This document shows positions 37,344 through 47,579 of a stretch of DNA of 64,000 nt, one piece after another. Source of the stretch: an uncultured Rhodospirillaceae bacterium. Its GTDB lineage: Bacteria > Pseudomonadota > Alphaproteobacteria > Rhodospirillales > Magnetospirillaceae. The translations under genes and the position numbers were made by a program. The stretch is taken from NCBI GenBank assembly GCA_903901915.1, contig CAIUSV010000065.1, positions 432-64,431 of the forward strand, read 5' to 3'. Each line of letters begins with the position of its first letter. Position 1 is the first letter of the stretch. The notes beneath the pieces were generated by a model that worked only from the letters and a program-made list of their open reading frames with translations, was not told the DNA's origin and searched no databases.

Positions 37344-38867
37344 TTGGGCGCCGACGTTAAGGGGCTTGCCAACATATCGGACGTGATCACCAGGAACGCC
37401 GAACGCGATCCGGATGGTGAGGCGCTGCTGTCCGGCCGCCATGTGGTCACGTGGGGGCAGTTGGACCTGTGCGTCGATGACGCCACGGCCTTTCTGGACG
37501 GTCACGGCATCGGCGAGGGGGAGCCGGTGGGCATCGCCCTCGGCAACAGCGTGGAACACGTGATCCTGCTGCTGGCCCTGCTGCGCATGGGGGCGGCTCC
37601 GCTGGAGATTCCCCCGGACACGCCGCCGGACGCGATGGCTCCGGTTTTGACCGGCATGAACGTTCGCGTTCTGCTGTGCGAGTTCAGCCCCCCGGGATGT
37701 TCCGTTCCGGTGATCGTTCCCGTCCCGCCCCATTGGCGGCCCTCCCGATCCGAACGGCGGCGCCGCCACGCCCGGCGTCCCGCCGACCTGTTGGAACTGT
37801 TCATCCTTTCATCCGGAAGCACCGGCGCTCCCAAGCCGGTGCCGATGACGCAGGGTGCCCTGTTCCACCGCGTGCGGCTGGTCGAGACGGTGTATTTCCG
37901 CTGGTGGTCGCCGGAGCGTCCCGGCACCTTCCTTCTGGCCAATCCCATTGGCCACAGCGCGTTTCTGCACTGGTTCATACAACAGACGGTCATGGGCGGG
38001 CGCACCGTGCTTCTGCCCCAGTATCTCTATTCCGCCGATCTCGTCCGGGCGGTGGCGGAGTGGGACGACGCCATCCTGCGCGTGGTGCCCAATGCCTGCC
38101 GGCTGTTCCTTCGCGCCGCTTCCGTGTCCGGGCCGCTGCTGCCGGGCCTGCGGCTGCTCAATTGCACTGGGCAGCCTTTGTTCGAGCACGAGAAGCGCGA
38201 GATCCTCCGCCGCGTCACCCCCAACTTCACCGAGAGCCTCGGCGCGGCCGGATGCGGCCCGATCAGCTTCCTGGCGCCGGAGGACATGGCCGCCCACGCG
38301 GCCAGCGTCGGGCGGGTTACCCCCGGCGTCGAATTGCGTGTCCGTGGCGCGAACGGGGCGCCGTCGCCCGCCGGCTCGCTCGGCCGGCTGGAGGTGCGCA
38401 GCCCCGGCATGGCCGCGCGGTTCCTGCTCGACCGCGCCCCCGGCAACGAGACCGAAGGTTTTCACGACGGATGGTATCGCACCGGCGATGTCGGCCGGAT
38501 CGATGGCGACGGCATCCTGCATATCGCCGGGCGGGCGGCGGATCGCATCCGGCAGGGCGACGAGGAATTGTATCCGACCGAGATCGAGGCCGCCCTGAGT
38601 TCCTATCCCGGAATCACCGAGGTCGCCGTGGTGGGCTACCGGCCGCCCGGGGCCGGTTCCGATGTCGCGGTGGCCATCGTGGGCGGCCTGTCCTATGCGC
38701 ACCGTACCGACGTCGCCGCCCATTGCGCGACGCTGCTGCCGGCCGCGCGCCGGCCGCGCTGCTACCTGTTTTCGGATCGGCTGCCGCAAACGGCCACGGG
38801 CAAGGTCGATCGGCCGGCCATCCGGGACTATCTCGCCGCCAATCCCCCGTCCCTATCGTCCGCCTGA
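37344..38867 (+). CDS. AMP-dependent synthetase/acyl-CoA ligase
   Basis: LSSGSTGAPK (A3), WYRTGDVG, GRAADRI, YPTEIE, LPQTATGKVDR (A10). Confidence 0.9.
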   Translation: MGADVKGLANISDVITRNAERDPDGEALLSGRHVVTWGQLDLCVDDATAFLDGHGIGEGEPVGIALGNSVEHVILLLALLRMGAAPLEIPPDTPPDAMAPVLTGMNVRVLLCEFSPPGCSVPVIVPVPPHWRPSRSERRRRHARRPADLLELFILSSGSTGAPKPVPMTQGALFHRVRLVETVYFRWWSPERPGTFLLANPIGHSAFLHWFIQQTVMGGRTVLLPQYLYSADLVRAVAEWDDAILRVVPNACRLFLRAASVSGPLLPGLRLLNCTGQPLFEHEKREILRRVTPNFTESLGAAGCGPISFLAPEDMAAHAASVGRVTPGVELRVRGANGAPSPAGSLGRLEVRSPGMAARFLLDRAPGNETEGFHDGWYRTGDVGRIDGDGILHIAGRAADRIRQGDEELYPTEIEAALSSYPGITEVAVVGYRPPGAGSDVAVAIVGGLSYAHRTDVAAHCATLLPAARRPRCYLFSDRLPQTATGKVDRPAIRDYLAANPPSLSSA

Positions 38868-38954
38868 CGGCGGAGGGACGGGACGGAGATGGCGATGTGT
38901 CGGGGCGGTGATCGCCTCTTGGGGTGATGGATGTTGAAACGAGGGGGAATAAGG

Positions 38955-41726
38955 ATGTTCAAGGGGATCATGTCGCCGCGCCGCGCCAGGTTGCGGGCGG
39001 GAACATCGTTGCTGGCCCTGGGGATCGGCCTGGCGATGCTGCCGCAGCATCCGGCGGAGGCCGGCGCCTGCGGCAGCGGCTCCGGCTCGTCCATCGCCAC
39101 CGCCTGTACCGGCCCCTTTTCCTGGACCGGCGGAACCCTCAGCAATTCCGGCACCATCAGCGGCGCCATCACCGGCATCACCGCGAATGCCAATGTGACG
39201 ACCCTCACCAACAGCGGAACCATCTCCGCGGCCGCGGGTACGCACCTCGGCAACAATACCGGCTTTCAGTTCGCCGCGGGCCTGAGCGTGGGCAGTTCGG
39301 GAACGGTCGCGTCCATCAACAATACGGCGCTGATCAGCGTCAGCGGCAGTATCGCCAGTTCGGCCGGCTCCGACATCCTCGCCGGCCTATACCTCGACCG
39401 GGGCACGATAACCAACCTCACCAACAGCGGGACGATCCGCGCCACCGGCACCAATTCCGGCTATAGCAGCGACAACCGGATCGCCGGCGTCGTCAGCGGC
39501 ACCGGCGGCTTCTCGGGGGCGGGCGGCACCATTGGAACCCTCACCAATAGCGGCCTGATCAGCGGTACCGACATCGGCATCCTGCACTATGGCAACCCCG
39601 CCAGCTTCGGCACCCTGATCAACAATGTCGGCGGGTCGATCACCGGCGGCACCAGGACCGCTGTCGAAATCGCCGGCACCGGTTTCGGGACCATCGTCAA
39701 TTTCGGCCGGATCGGCGGCGGCGAGATCGGCATCCAGGTGGACTCCTATCAATACAGCACCGGTGCCATCGGCCTGATCGACAACAGATCGGGGGGCATC
39801 ATCACCGGCACCAAAACCGGTCTTCAGGTGAAGGCCGGATCGGTCGGTACCGTGACCAACAACGGCACCATTTCCGGTTCAGGCTCCGGCATTTTCATGA
39901 ACGGGGGGACGATCACCACCCTGACCAACAACGGCACCATTTCCGGCAATTCCGCCCTTTCCATGTCCGGCGGCACCATCTCCACCCTGACCAACAGCGG
40001 CACGATTTCCGGCAGCGTTTACGCCATCAATGTCGGCGGCGGCAGCATCAGCCCTATCACCAACAGCGGGGTGATCGACGGCAACATCCAGAACACGACG
40101 GGCAACAACCTGACGATCAACGGCGGCAGCGGGTCCAGCGTCGGCACCCTGACCGGCGGCACCATCACCAACACCAATTCCAATCTGGTGTTCGCGTCCG
40201 GAAACATTCTGCTTCAAGACTACGTCAATGTCTCGGGCCGCACCCTGTCCAACACCGGGGCAACGGTGAAGCTGACCCCGGCCTTCACCCCCACCATCGA
40301 CGGCACCTACAGCCAGACCGGCGGCGGATTGCTGATCGCCGCCACCAGTTCCTCCTCCTACGGCTCCATGAGCGTCACCGGCCCGGCCACGGTCAGCAAT
40401 TCCACCATCACCATCTCCGGCAGCGGCCTGCGGCTGGGCACCACGATGACCATCGTGCGCTCCGGAACGTCGGGAACCTATACCGGCGACACCGCCAGCG
40501 TGGTCGGATCGGCGGGCATCAGTGCCAGCCTTGCCGCGCTCGGCAACAATCTGGTGGTCTGCCTCGGCACCTGGAACGGGGCCACCTGCAGCGCCGGCAG
40601 CGGCAATGGCACCACCGACGGGGTGGGCAGCTACACCGGCAATGACAGCAAGCTGGTCAACCTATCCAACATCGTCCAATCGCTGGCGGCACCCCAGCAG
40701 GCCCAGGCGGCGGCGCAGTTGAAGCCGACGCCCCATGCCGCCACCACCCAGGCGGCCGTGCAGCCGGCCATGGAGGTGCTGGCGGTGGTGACGGCGCATG
40801 TCGACAATACCCGGCTGGCCCGTAACGACGCCGGCCAAAGCGGCATCGCCACCGGCGATTCCAGCCATGGCCTGGCCATGTGGGGCGAGGTGTTCGGCAG
40901 TACCGCCACCCAGGACCGCCGCGCCGACACGGATGGCTTCAGCGTGCTGTCGGGTGGCATGCTGGCCGGTATCGACACCGCCGTCGCCAACAACTGGCGG
41001 ATCGGCGGCGTGCTCAGCTATGCCCAGGCGCGTGTCGAGGATTCCGGCAACCTCGCCGGCAGTTCCACCCGGCTTAATTCCTACGGCCTGATCGGCTATG
41101 CCAGCTATACCGGCAATCCCTGGTACGTGGACATGTCGGCGGGCGGCATCCTGCACAAATACCAGACCACCCGCCTCTCCAACCTGGCCGGTGCCGCCGG
41201 AATCGCCAATGGCAGCCACGATGGCCAGCAGTTCATCGCCAAGGTCGAGGGCGGCTATCCCCTGACCGTCGGCCCGAAGGAGTGGAACACCACCATGACG
41301 CCGCTGGCGGCCCTGAGCTATTCCCGCCTGCACCAGGACGGCTATACCGAAACCGACACCGGCAACGGCATGGCGCTCAAGGTCAACGACAGCACCAGCC
41401 ATTCGGTGAAAAGCGACTTCGGCGCCAAGATCGAGCGCGGTTTCCACACCGGATTTGGCGAGTTTGTTCCCGACATGCGCGCGCTGTGGCGACACGAATA
41501 CATCCACACCAAGCAGGTGACCGCCGCCGACTACACCGCCGACGACAACGGCAGCGCCGCCTTCACCGCCCGGGGACCGAGCCCGGTCCAGGATTCCGCC
41601 ATCCTCGGTGTCGGTCTGACCATGGTCCGTGGCGACGACCTGACGCTGTCGGCCAAGTACGAAGTCGAACTGGCCGACCGCTTCGTCGGCCAGACCGGAC
41701 GGCTGCGGCTGCGCCAGACGTTCTGA
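38955..41726 (+). CDS. Autotransporter adhesin (G/S/T/N-rich beta-helix passenger plus C-terminal beta-barrel)
   Basis: Signal peptide, repeated TITTLTNSGTISG units, barrel ending in LRLRQTF. Confidence 0.92.
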   Translation: MFKGIMSPRRARLRAGTSLLALGIGLAMLPQHPAEAGACGSGSGSSIATACTGPFSWTGGTLSNSGTISGAITGITANANVTTLTNSGTISAAAGTHLGNNTGFQFAAGLSVGSSGTVASINNTALISVSGSIASSAGSDILAGLYLDRGTITNLTNSGTIRATGTNSGYSSDNRIAGVVSGTGGFSGAGGTIGTLTNSGLISGTDIGILHYGNPASFGTLINNVGGSITGGTRTAVEIAGTGFGTIVNFGRIGGGEIGIQVDSYQYSTGAIGLIDNRSGGIITGTKTGLQVKAGSVGTVTNNGTISGSGSGIFMNGGTITTLTNNGTISGNSALSMSGGTISTLTNSGTISGSVYAINVGGGSISPITNSGVIDGNIQNTTGNNLTINGGSGSSVGTLTGGTITNTNSNLVFASGNILLQDYVNVSGRTLSNTGATVKLTPAFTPTIDGTYSQTGGGLLIAATSSSSYGSMSVTGPATVSNSTITISGSGLRLGTTMTIVRSGTSGTYTGDTASVVGSAGISASLAALGNNLVVCLGTWNGATCSAGSGNGTTDGVGSYTGNDSKLVNLSNIVQSLAAPQQAQAAAQLKPTPHAATTQAAVQPAMEVLAVVTAHVDNTRLARNDAGQSGIATGDSSHGLAMWGEVFGSTATQDRRADTDGFSVLSGGMLAGIDTAVANNWRIGGVLSYAQARVEDSGNLAGSSTRLNSYGLIGYASYTGNPWYVDMSAGGILHKYQTTRLSNLAGAAGIANGSHDGQQFIAKVEGGYPLTVGPKEWNTTMTPLAALSYSRLHQDGYTETDTGNGMALKVNDSTSHSVKSDFGAKIERGFHTGFGEFVPDMRALWRHEYIHTKQVTAADYTADDNGSAAFTARGPSPVQDSAILGVGLTMVRGDDLTLSAKYEVELADRFVGQTGRLRLRQTF

Positions 41727-41817
41727 TCCGTATCAATCCCCTAGGGGAGGGGGCGCGGAGGGTGGCTTGAAAATGCCTCCCTTTTGTGCTGTTTCTCGAC
41801 ATCCGGAGGAGAGCGCA

Positions 41818-42273
41818 TTGAAACGCTTGGTTGGAGGGGGCGTCGCTGCGCTGTTGCCGTTCACGGCGTGGGCGGCGGAACCGCTGTGGCACAAGACCTG
41901 CACCAAGGATGGCGCCTGCTTTGTCGAGCAATTCGCGCTCGCCCAGCCGAAGAACGTGCCGGTGCTGCATGTGGGCTTCGACCTTCAGGGCGGCGATGGC
42001 AAGGCGCGGATGGTGCTGACCGCGCCGCTGGGGGTTTTGTTGGCGCCCGGCCTGCGATTGACGGTGGATGGAGCCGCGCCCATCGTCCTGCCGTTCGAGC
42101 GTTGTGGCCGCCAGGGCTGCGATGCCTCGGCGGTGCTCGACCAGACGGCGCGAACGAGATTCGAGAAAGGCAAGACGCTGATGGTGCGCTACGCCGTGTC
42201 GGACAAGGCGGCCCAGGACATCCCCATCAAGCTGGACGGGCTGGCCGATGCCTTGGCCTCGCTGTCGAAGTAG
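41818..42273 (+). CDS. Invasion-associated locus B (IalB) family protein
   Basis: WHKTC...CFVEQ...APLGVLLAPGLRLTVD...FERCGRQGC; TTG start with GGAGG RBS. Confidence 0.85.
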   Translation: MKRLVGGGVAALLPFTAWAAEPLWHKTCTKDGACFVEQFALAQPKNVPVLHVGFDLQGGDGKARMVLTAPLGVLLAPGLRLTVDGAAPIVLPFERCGRQGCDASAVLDQTARTRFEKGKTLMVRYAVSDKAAQDIPIKLDGLADALASLSK

Positions 42274-42284
42274 GGACTCGTTCC

Positions 42285-44375
42285 ATGGCACGAAAGCAAA
42301 AAGGCGCCGATGGGGACCTGAGCATTGAGGAGGCTCTGAACCGCGCTAATGCCCACTGGAACGCCGGGCAGGCCGATCAGGCCGAACTGTTCTGCCAGCG
42401 GGTGCTGGCGGCGTGGCCGGGTCAAGCCGACGCGCTGCATCTGATGGGGCTGATGGCTCACGCCTACGGCAATCTCGACCTTGCCCTTCAGCATGTGCGC
42501 CAGGCCTGTCAGGCGCCCCGCGCGCCCGCGCTGTATTTCAGCAATCTGGCCGAGATGTGCCGCCAAAGGGGCCTGCTGGCGGAGGCCGAGCAGGCCGGGC
42601 GCCGCGCCACCGCGCTCGGTCCCGATCTGGTGGCGGCGTGGAACAACCTGGGCATCGTGCTGCAAGAATCCGGCAAGCTGGGGGAAAGCGTCACCTGCCT
42701 GGAACGGGTGGTCGCCCTGCACCCCAACTCCCCGGAAGCCAACAATAACCTGGGCAATACCTGGAAGCGGCTGGGGCGGTTGGACAAGGCCGAAGCGTTC
42801 TACGGCAAGGCGCTGTCGCTCAACCCCAACTATGCCGAGGCGCACAGCAACCTTTCCAATCTGCTCGCCGAACAGGGCCAGACCGAGCGGGCAGCGGCCG
42901 AGGCGCGGCTGGCCATCGACCTCAATCCGCGACTGGGCGACGCCTACATCAACCTCGCCGCCGCCGAGATGAGCCGATACCGGTACGCCGAGGCGCTGCG
43001 CTGGCTGGACGCGCTGCTGGCCTTCGCCCCCGCCCACGGCGGCGGCTTGAGCGCGCGGGCGACGGCGTTGAAACATCTGGACCAATTGGACGAGGCGCTG
43101 GACGCGGCGCGGCGCGGGGTGGCGGCTTCGCCGGAAAACGCCGACGTCCACAATGTTCTGGGCCAGATTCTCCAGGCGCTCAACCGCTTCGACGAGGCGG
43201 AGGAATGCTTCGAGCGGGCTTTGAGACTGCCGGGCACGGCGGCGGAAAGCGCCCAGGTCAACCGCGCCACCCTGCTGATGGAGACCGGCCGCAAAGAACA
43301 GGCGATGGCCGCCTTCGACGCGGTACTGGACGCCTATCCGAACTCCGCCTCCGGCTGGTTCAACCGGGCCGATCTCAAGAAATTCAGCCCCGGCGATCCC
43401 GACATCGCCGGCATGGAGGAGCTGTTGCGGCCCGACAGCGGACAATCGTTCAAGGACCGCATGTCCATCCACTTCGCGCTTGGCAAGGCCTATATGGACG
43501 CGGGCGACGACGACCGCGCCTTCCGGCATTTGAATGAGGGCAACCGCATGAAGCGGAGCTCCATCGCCTTCGACGCCGATGCCACCGCCGAATGGATGAA
43601 AAGCATCGCCAAGACCTTCTCGCCCGCCCTGCTCAAGACGTTCAAGAGCGCCGGATGCGATTCGTCACTGCCGATCTTCGTGGTCGGCATTCCCCGTTCC
43701 GGCACCACCCTGGTGGAACAGATCCTGGCCTCTCATCCCGAGGTTCATGGAGCGGGGGAGTTGTCCGCCCTGCAACGCCTGATCGACAGCCTTGGCGATT
43801 ATCCCGGCTGCGCGGCCCGCCTGGGGGCCGAGGATTTCGCCCGTCTGGGGAGGGACTATGTCGCCCGCGTCGTAAAGCTGGCCGAAGGGCGCCCCCATGT
43901 GGTGGACAAGATGCCCGCCAACTTCCTGTATGCCGGGCTGATCCGGCTGATCCTGCCCAACGCCCGCATCGTCCATTGCCGGCGCGATCCGGTCGATACC
44001 TGCCTGTCGTGCTACACCAAGCTATTCAGCGCCGAGCAGGCCTTTGCCTACGATCTGACGGAACTGGGCCGCTTCCATCGCGGCTACCAGGATCTGACCG
44101 CCCATTGGCGCAAGACGTCGCCCAAGGACCGCTTCATCGAGGTGGATTACGAGGCGGTGGTGGACGATCTGGAGGGCCAGGCCCGCCGGCTGATCGACTT
44201 TTTGGGATTACCCTGGGACGAGGCCTGCGTCCGCTTTCACGAAAACAAGCGGGTGGTGCGTACCGCCAGCGTCAATCAGGTGCGCCAACCCATCTACAAA
44301 TCCTCGGCCGGGCGCTGGCGCAAACATGCCCGCCACCTGACGCCGCTGTTGGAGGCGCTGGGGATCGAGCCGTGA
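42285..44375 (+). CDS. TPR-containing sulfotransferase
   Basis: TPR array followed by IFVVGIPRSGTTLVEQILASH (PAPS loop), VDKMPAN, RDPVDTCLS, TASVNQVRQPIY. Confidence 0.92.
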   Translation: MARKQKGADGDLSIEEALNRANAHWNAGQADQAELFCQRVLAAWPGQADALHLMGLMAHAYGNLDLALQHVRQACQAPRAPALYFSNLAEMCRQRGLLAEAEQAGRRATALGPDLVAAWNNLGIVLQESGKLGESVTCLERVVALHPNSPEANNNLGNTWKRLGRLDKAEAFYGKALSLNPNYAEAHSNLSNLLAEQGQTERAAAEARLAIDLNPRLGDAYINLAAAEMSRYRYAEALRWLDALLAFAPAHGGGLSARATALKHLDQLDEALDAARRGVAASPENADVHNVLGQILQALNRFDEAEECFERALRLPGTAAESAQVNRATLLMETGRKEQAMAAFDAVLDAYPNSASGWFNRADLKKFSPGDPDIAGMEELLRPDSGQSFKDRMSIHFALGKAYMDAGDDDRAFRHLNEGNRMKRSSIAFDADATAEWMKSIAKTFSPALLKTFKSAGCDSSLPIFVVGIPRSGTTLVEQILASHPEVHGAGELSALQRLIDSLGDYPGCAARLGAEDFARLGRDYVARVVKLAEGRPHVVDKMPANFLYAGLIRLILPNARIVHCRRDPVDTCLSCYTKLFSAEQAFAYDLTELGRFHRGYQDLTAHWRKTSPKDRFIEVDYEAVVDDLEGQARRLIDFLGLPWDEACVRFHENKRVVRTASVNQVRQPIYKSSAGRWRKHARHLTPLLEALGIEP

Positions 44376-45517
44376 CCATCGTCGCCCAGGCCAACGCCTT
44401 GATCGAAGCCGGCAATCCCGAACAGGCCGAGGCACTGGTGGCGCCCTTGCTGGCCGGGGGGACGGGGCCGATCCCGCTATGGGCGATTCTGGCCAAAAGC
44501 CTGCGCCATCAAGGCCGCCCCCGCGAGGCGCTGACGATTCAGGAAATGCTGGCCAATGCCCTGCCGGGAAATCTGGGCTATCGCTTCGATCTGGCGGAAA
44601 CCCTGCTGCTGGTCGGCCAGTTTGACCGGGGCTGGCGCGAGTACCATCATCGCTACAGCCTCGACCACACCGCCCGCATCGCCCGCAAGGTGCAGCGGCC
44701 CCGCTGGGACGGACGACCGATTCCCGGACAGACCCTGCTGATCCACGACGAACAGGGCTTCGGCGACACCCTTCAGTTCATCCGCATGGTGGAGTGGGCC
44801 AAGGAGCGCTCTCAGGCCCGCGTGATCTTGGAGGTGACGCCGCCGCTGTTGTCCCTGGCCACGCGAGGTTTCGGCTTTGACGAGTTGGTGGCGCGCGGCA
44901 GCCTTCCCCCCGCCTTCGACGTCCATTGCGAGATGATGAGCCTGCCCATGGCCATGGGTTTCGAGTTGTCGCGACTACCGGGGCGGATGCCCTACCTGAC
45001 CCCCGATCCGGCGCGGCTTCAGAAATGGCGGAAGCGCCTGGGCAAACTGAAACCTCCGCTGGTGGCCCTGTGCTGGGCCGGACGCGACGTCCTGTACAAC
45101 GGCCAGAACCGCGCCGTCAGCCTCGCCACCCTGGCGCCGCTGGCGATGGAGGGGGTGACCTTTCTGTCCATCCAGAAAGGCCCCCAGGCGGCCGAGGCCA
45201 ACGCCCCGCCGCCGGGGATGACCCTGATAAATCTGCATGACGCGATCAAGGATTTCGAGGACACCGCGGCGATCATGAGCATCGCCGACCTGCTGATCTC
45301 CATCGACAGCGCCCCGGCCCATCTGGCCGGCGCCCTGGGGCGCCCCGCCTGGATCATGCTGGGCCACGTCGCCGATTGGCGCTGGCTGACGGACCGGGCC
45401 GATTCCCCTTGGTATCCCTCGCTGCGCCTGTTCCGCCAGCCCCAGCGTAACGACTGGGGAACGGTGGTGGCGGCGGTTGCGGGGGAATTGCGCGCACTCA
45501 AGACGCAAGGGCGATGA
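44372..45517 (+). CDS. TPR-glycosyltransferase (GT-B, family 9-like)
   Basis: EQGFGDTLQFIR, LCWAG, LSIQKG, DLLISIDSAPAHLAGALGRP, SPWYPSLRLFRQ; GTG overlaps the upstream stop. Confidence 0.88.
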   Translation: MTIVAQANALIEAGNPEQAEALVAPLLAGGTGPIPLWAILAKSLRHQGRPREALTIQEMLANALPGNLGYRFDLAETLLLVGQFDRGWREYHHRYSLDHTARIARKVQRPRWDGRPIPGQTLLIHDEQGFGDTLQFIRMVEWAKERSQARVILEVTPPLLSLATRGFGFDELVARGSLPPAFDVHCEMMSLPMAMGFELSRLPGRMPYLTPDPARLQKWRKRLGKLKPPLVALCWAGRDVLYNGQNRAVSLATLAPLAMEGVTFLSIQKGPQAAEANAPPPGMTLINLHDAIKDFEDTAAIMSIADLLISIDSAPAHLAGALGRPAWIMLGHVADWRWLTDRADSPWYPSLRLFRQPQRNDWGTVVAAVAGELRALKTQGR

Positions 45518-46326
45518 GGGTGAGGCGGGCAATTCTGGCGGTGGTGACGACGTTATGGGCGGCAGGATGCGCTGATCGCCTTGCCAATGCCGACCATCTC
45601 GCCGCGCCCGCCGGGCTGGTCCGCCGTGAAGTCAGCACCGCCACCTTCCGGCTGACCACCTATTCCCGTGACCGGGACACCGCAGCACCGGTGGTGGTCT
45701 ATATCGAGGGCGACGGGCTCGCCTGGAAATCCCGCTCCGAGCCATCGGCGGACCCGACCCCCGCCGAGGCAATGGGCCTACGGCTGGCCGCCCTCGATCC
45801 GTCGCCCAACGTGCTGTATCTGGCGCGCCCCTGCCAGTTCACCCGGAACGATTCCCGCTGCGCCCAGACCTACTGGACTGATCGCCGCTTCGCCGAGGAG
45901 GTGGTCACCGGCATGAACCAGGCCATCGATTTGGCTGCGCGCGGACGCCGCCTGCATCTGGTCGGCTATTCCGGCGGTGGCGCCATCGCCGCGCTGATCG
46001 CCGCCCGCCGCAACGACGTGGCCAGCCTGCGCACGGTGGCGGGAAACCTGGATCACGATGCGGTCAATCGCTTCCACGATGTCTCGCCGATGCGCGGCTC
46101 GCTGAACGCGATCAACCTCGCCGCCGGTCTGGCGACCTTGCCACAGGAGCATTTCGTCGGCGGCGCGGATGAGGTGGTGCCCGCCTTCGTCGCCGAGGCC
46201 TTCGTTCGCGCTGTGGGAAATGGCGATTGCGCCAAAGTCGTCCGCGTCGAGGGGGCCACTCATACCGATGGCTGGGCCAATGCGTGGCGGATAAATGCGG
46301 CGAGGGTGCCGACATGCCGCCGCTGA
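45514..46326 (+). CDS. Lipoprotein alpha/beta hydrolase
   Basis: Lipobox WAAGC, YIEGDG, nucleophile GYSGGG, GGADEVVP. Confidence 0.85.
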   Translation: MRVRRAILAVVTTLWAAGCADRLANADHLAAPAGLVRREVSTATFRLTTYSRDRDTAAPVVVYIEGDGLAWKSRSEPSADPTPAEAMGLRLAALDPSPNVLYLARPCQFTRNDSRCAQTYWTDRRFAEEVVTGMNQAIDLAARGRRLHLVGYSGGGAIAALIAARRNDVASLRTVAGNLDHDAVNRFHDVSPMRGSLNAINLAAGLATLPQEHFVGGADEVVPAFVAEAFVRAVGNGDCAKVVRVEGATHTDGWANAWRINAARVPTCRR

Positions 46327-46404
46327 CTTTCAATCGCACCGATCCGATTGGTTTAAGGGGTCTAAGTCGCCGCGGAACAGAAAAACTAGGGACAAAACCC
46401 AATT

Positions 46405-46680
46405 AACCTGTTGATCTGACATGCCTGCCGCGATTCAAGCTAAGAAACGATGGAGCTTGGATCATAGCAGGCGAATTCTGGCTGAACGATCAGCAGTGGG
46501 CATCGATTGAGCCACACCTTCCGCGTAATCGGCCTGGCACCCATCGTGTCGAAGATCGCCGAGTGTTGAGTGGCATCATCCACGTCCTCAAGTCGGGGTG
46601 CCGCTGGCAGGATTGCCCGGCGGTCTATGGCCCGCCGACCACCATCTACAACCGCTTCCATCGCTGGTCCGGCCGGTACC
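46405..46680 (+). mobile_element. IS5-family (IS427-like) transposase 5' remnant
   Basis: From 46464: (I)AGEFWLNDQQWASIEPHLP...RRVLSGIIHVLKSGCRWQDCP..YGPPTTIYNRFHRW. Start codon lost and DDE domain absent. Confidence 0.85.
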
Positions 46681-47061
46681 CCCTGGGCGGAATCGGAATG
46701 TTTGAGCGACGGCAGATTTTCGCGAGGCCATCTTGGAATTGGCTCGGATGCTCGGTCAAAAGCTGGCTCGTGATATCGCAAGCGGTCGAATCAAGCTCGA
46801 CGACGATGGCAACATCGTGGACGTGCCGCAAGAGGACGTCCAGGAAGCCAAGCCCGCCAAGGCGCGTTTACGCAAACGGGCTGCGGAGGAAGGGTGATAT
46901 CGGGCAACAATCGATCCGGTCTAAAGCTTGATTTTTCGGATCGACCCCATTTATGACTGCCGCGCAATCCTGGCTATAGGCCTCAATCTTGGCCCGCAGT
47001 CCCGTTTATCCCTGAAACCGACACTGATTGTCGGCCTGACACGATTGAATGTCGAATCAGC

Positions 47062-47475
47062 CTAGTTCCCCTCACTCACCCAGGGGATGCGGTTGACGGC
47101 GACGCCTTCGTCTTCCAGGTCGCGGGCTTCTTCGGCGGTAGCTTCGCCGTAGATGGGGCGGGCCTGGGTTTCGCCGTAATGGATGCGGCGGGCCTCTTCG
47201 GGGAAGCGTTCGCCGACATAGTCGCAACTGTCCTCGACCTTGCGCTTGAGGTCGGCCAGCACCTTGCGCATCTCGCCCAACGCCTGGGCGGCGTCGAGGG
47301 TCTTGCCCCGCGCCTTGGCCAGGCGGGGAGCCATGGGGGCCTTCTCGATGCAGGTATCGCCGCAGGCGGGGCAGACGATGCCGCCGGCGGGGGCCAAGGC
47401 GTCGAAGGTGGCGCCGTCCTTGAACCAGGCCTCGAAATGGTGCTGGTGGGCACAGCGCAATTCAAACAGGATCAT
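47062..47475 (-). CDS. DUF1178 family protein
   Basis: MILFELRCAHQHHFEAWF...CPACG...VGERFPEEARRIHYGE. Confidence 0.9.
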   Translation of the reverse strand: MILFELRCAHQHHFEAWFKDGATFDALAPAGGIVCPACGDTCIEKAPMAPRLAKARGKTLDAAQALGEMRKVLADLKRKVEDSCDYVGERFPEEARRIHYGETQARPIYGEATAEEARDLEDEGVAVNRIPWVSEGN

Positions 47476-47498
47476 GGTCGGTAGTTTCCGTTGCTCCC

Positions 47499-47549
47499 CG
47501 TGGGCGATGTCTTAACGTGGGCGATGTCTCAACGTGGGCGATATCTTAC
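47499..47549. repeat. 3 x 17-bp tandem repeat CGTGGGCGAT(G/A)TCT(T/C)A(A/C)
   Basis: Units at 47499, 47516 and 47533, between divergent genes. Confidence 0.9.
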
Positions 47550-47579
47550 AACAGGCCACGGGCGGGAGGGCAAGTGATC

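Noticed and set aside
41784-42284. Extended start of the sulfotransferase ORF
   Set aside because: Overlaps the IalB gene in another frame; ATG 42285 has its own RBS.
46680-46931. Continuation of the IS5 transposase
   Set aside because: Homology ends near 46675; the rest is unrelated debris with no DDE motif.
47051-47075. GTCGAATCAGCCTAGTTCCCC as a fourth att remnant
   Set aside because: The similarity needs gaps and largely coincides with the last codons of the DUF1178 gene; likely chance.
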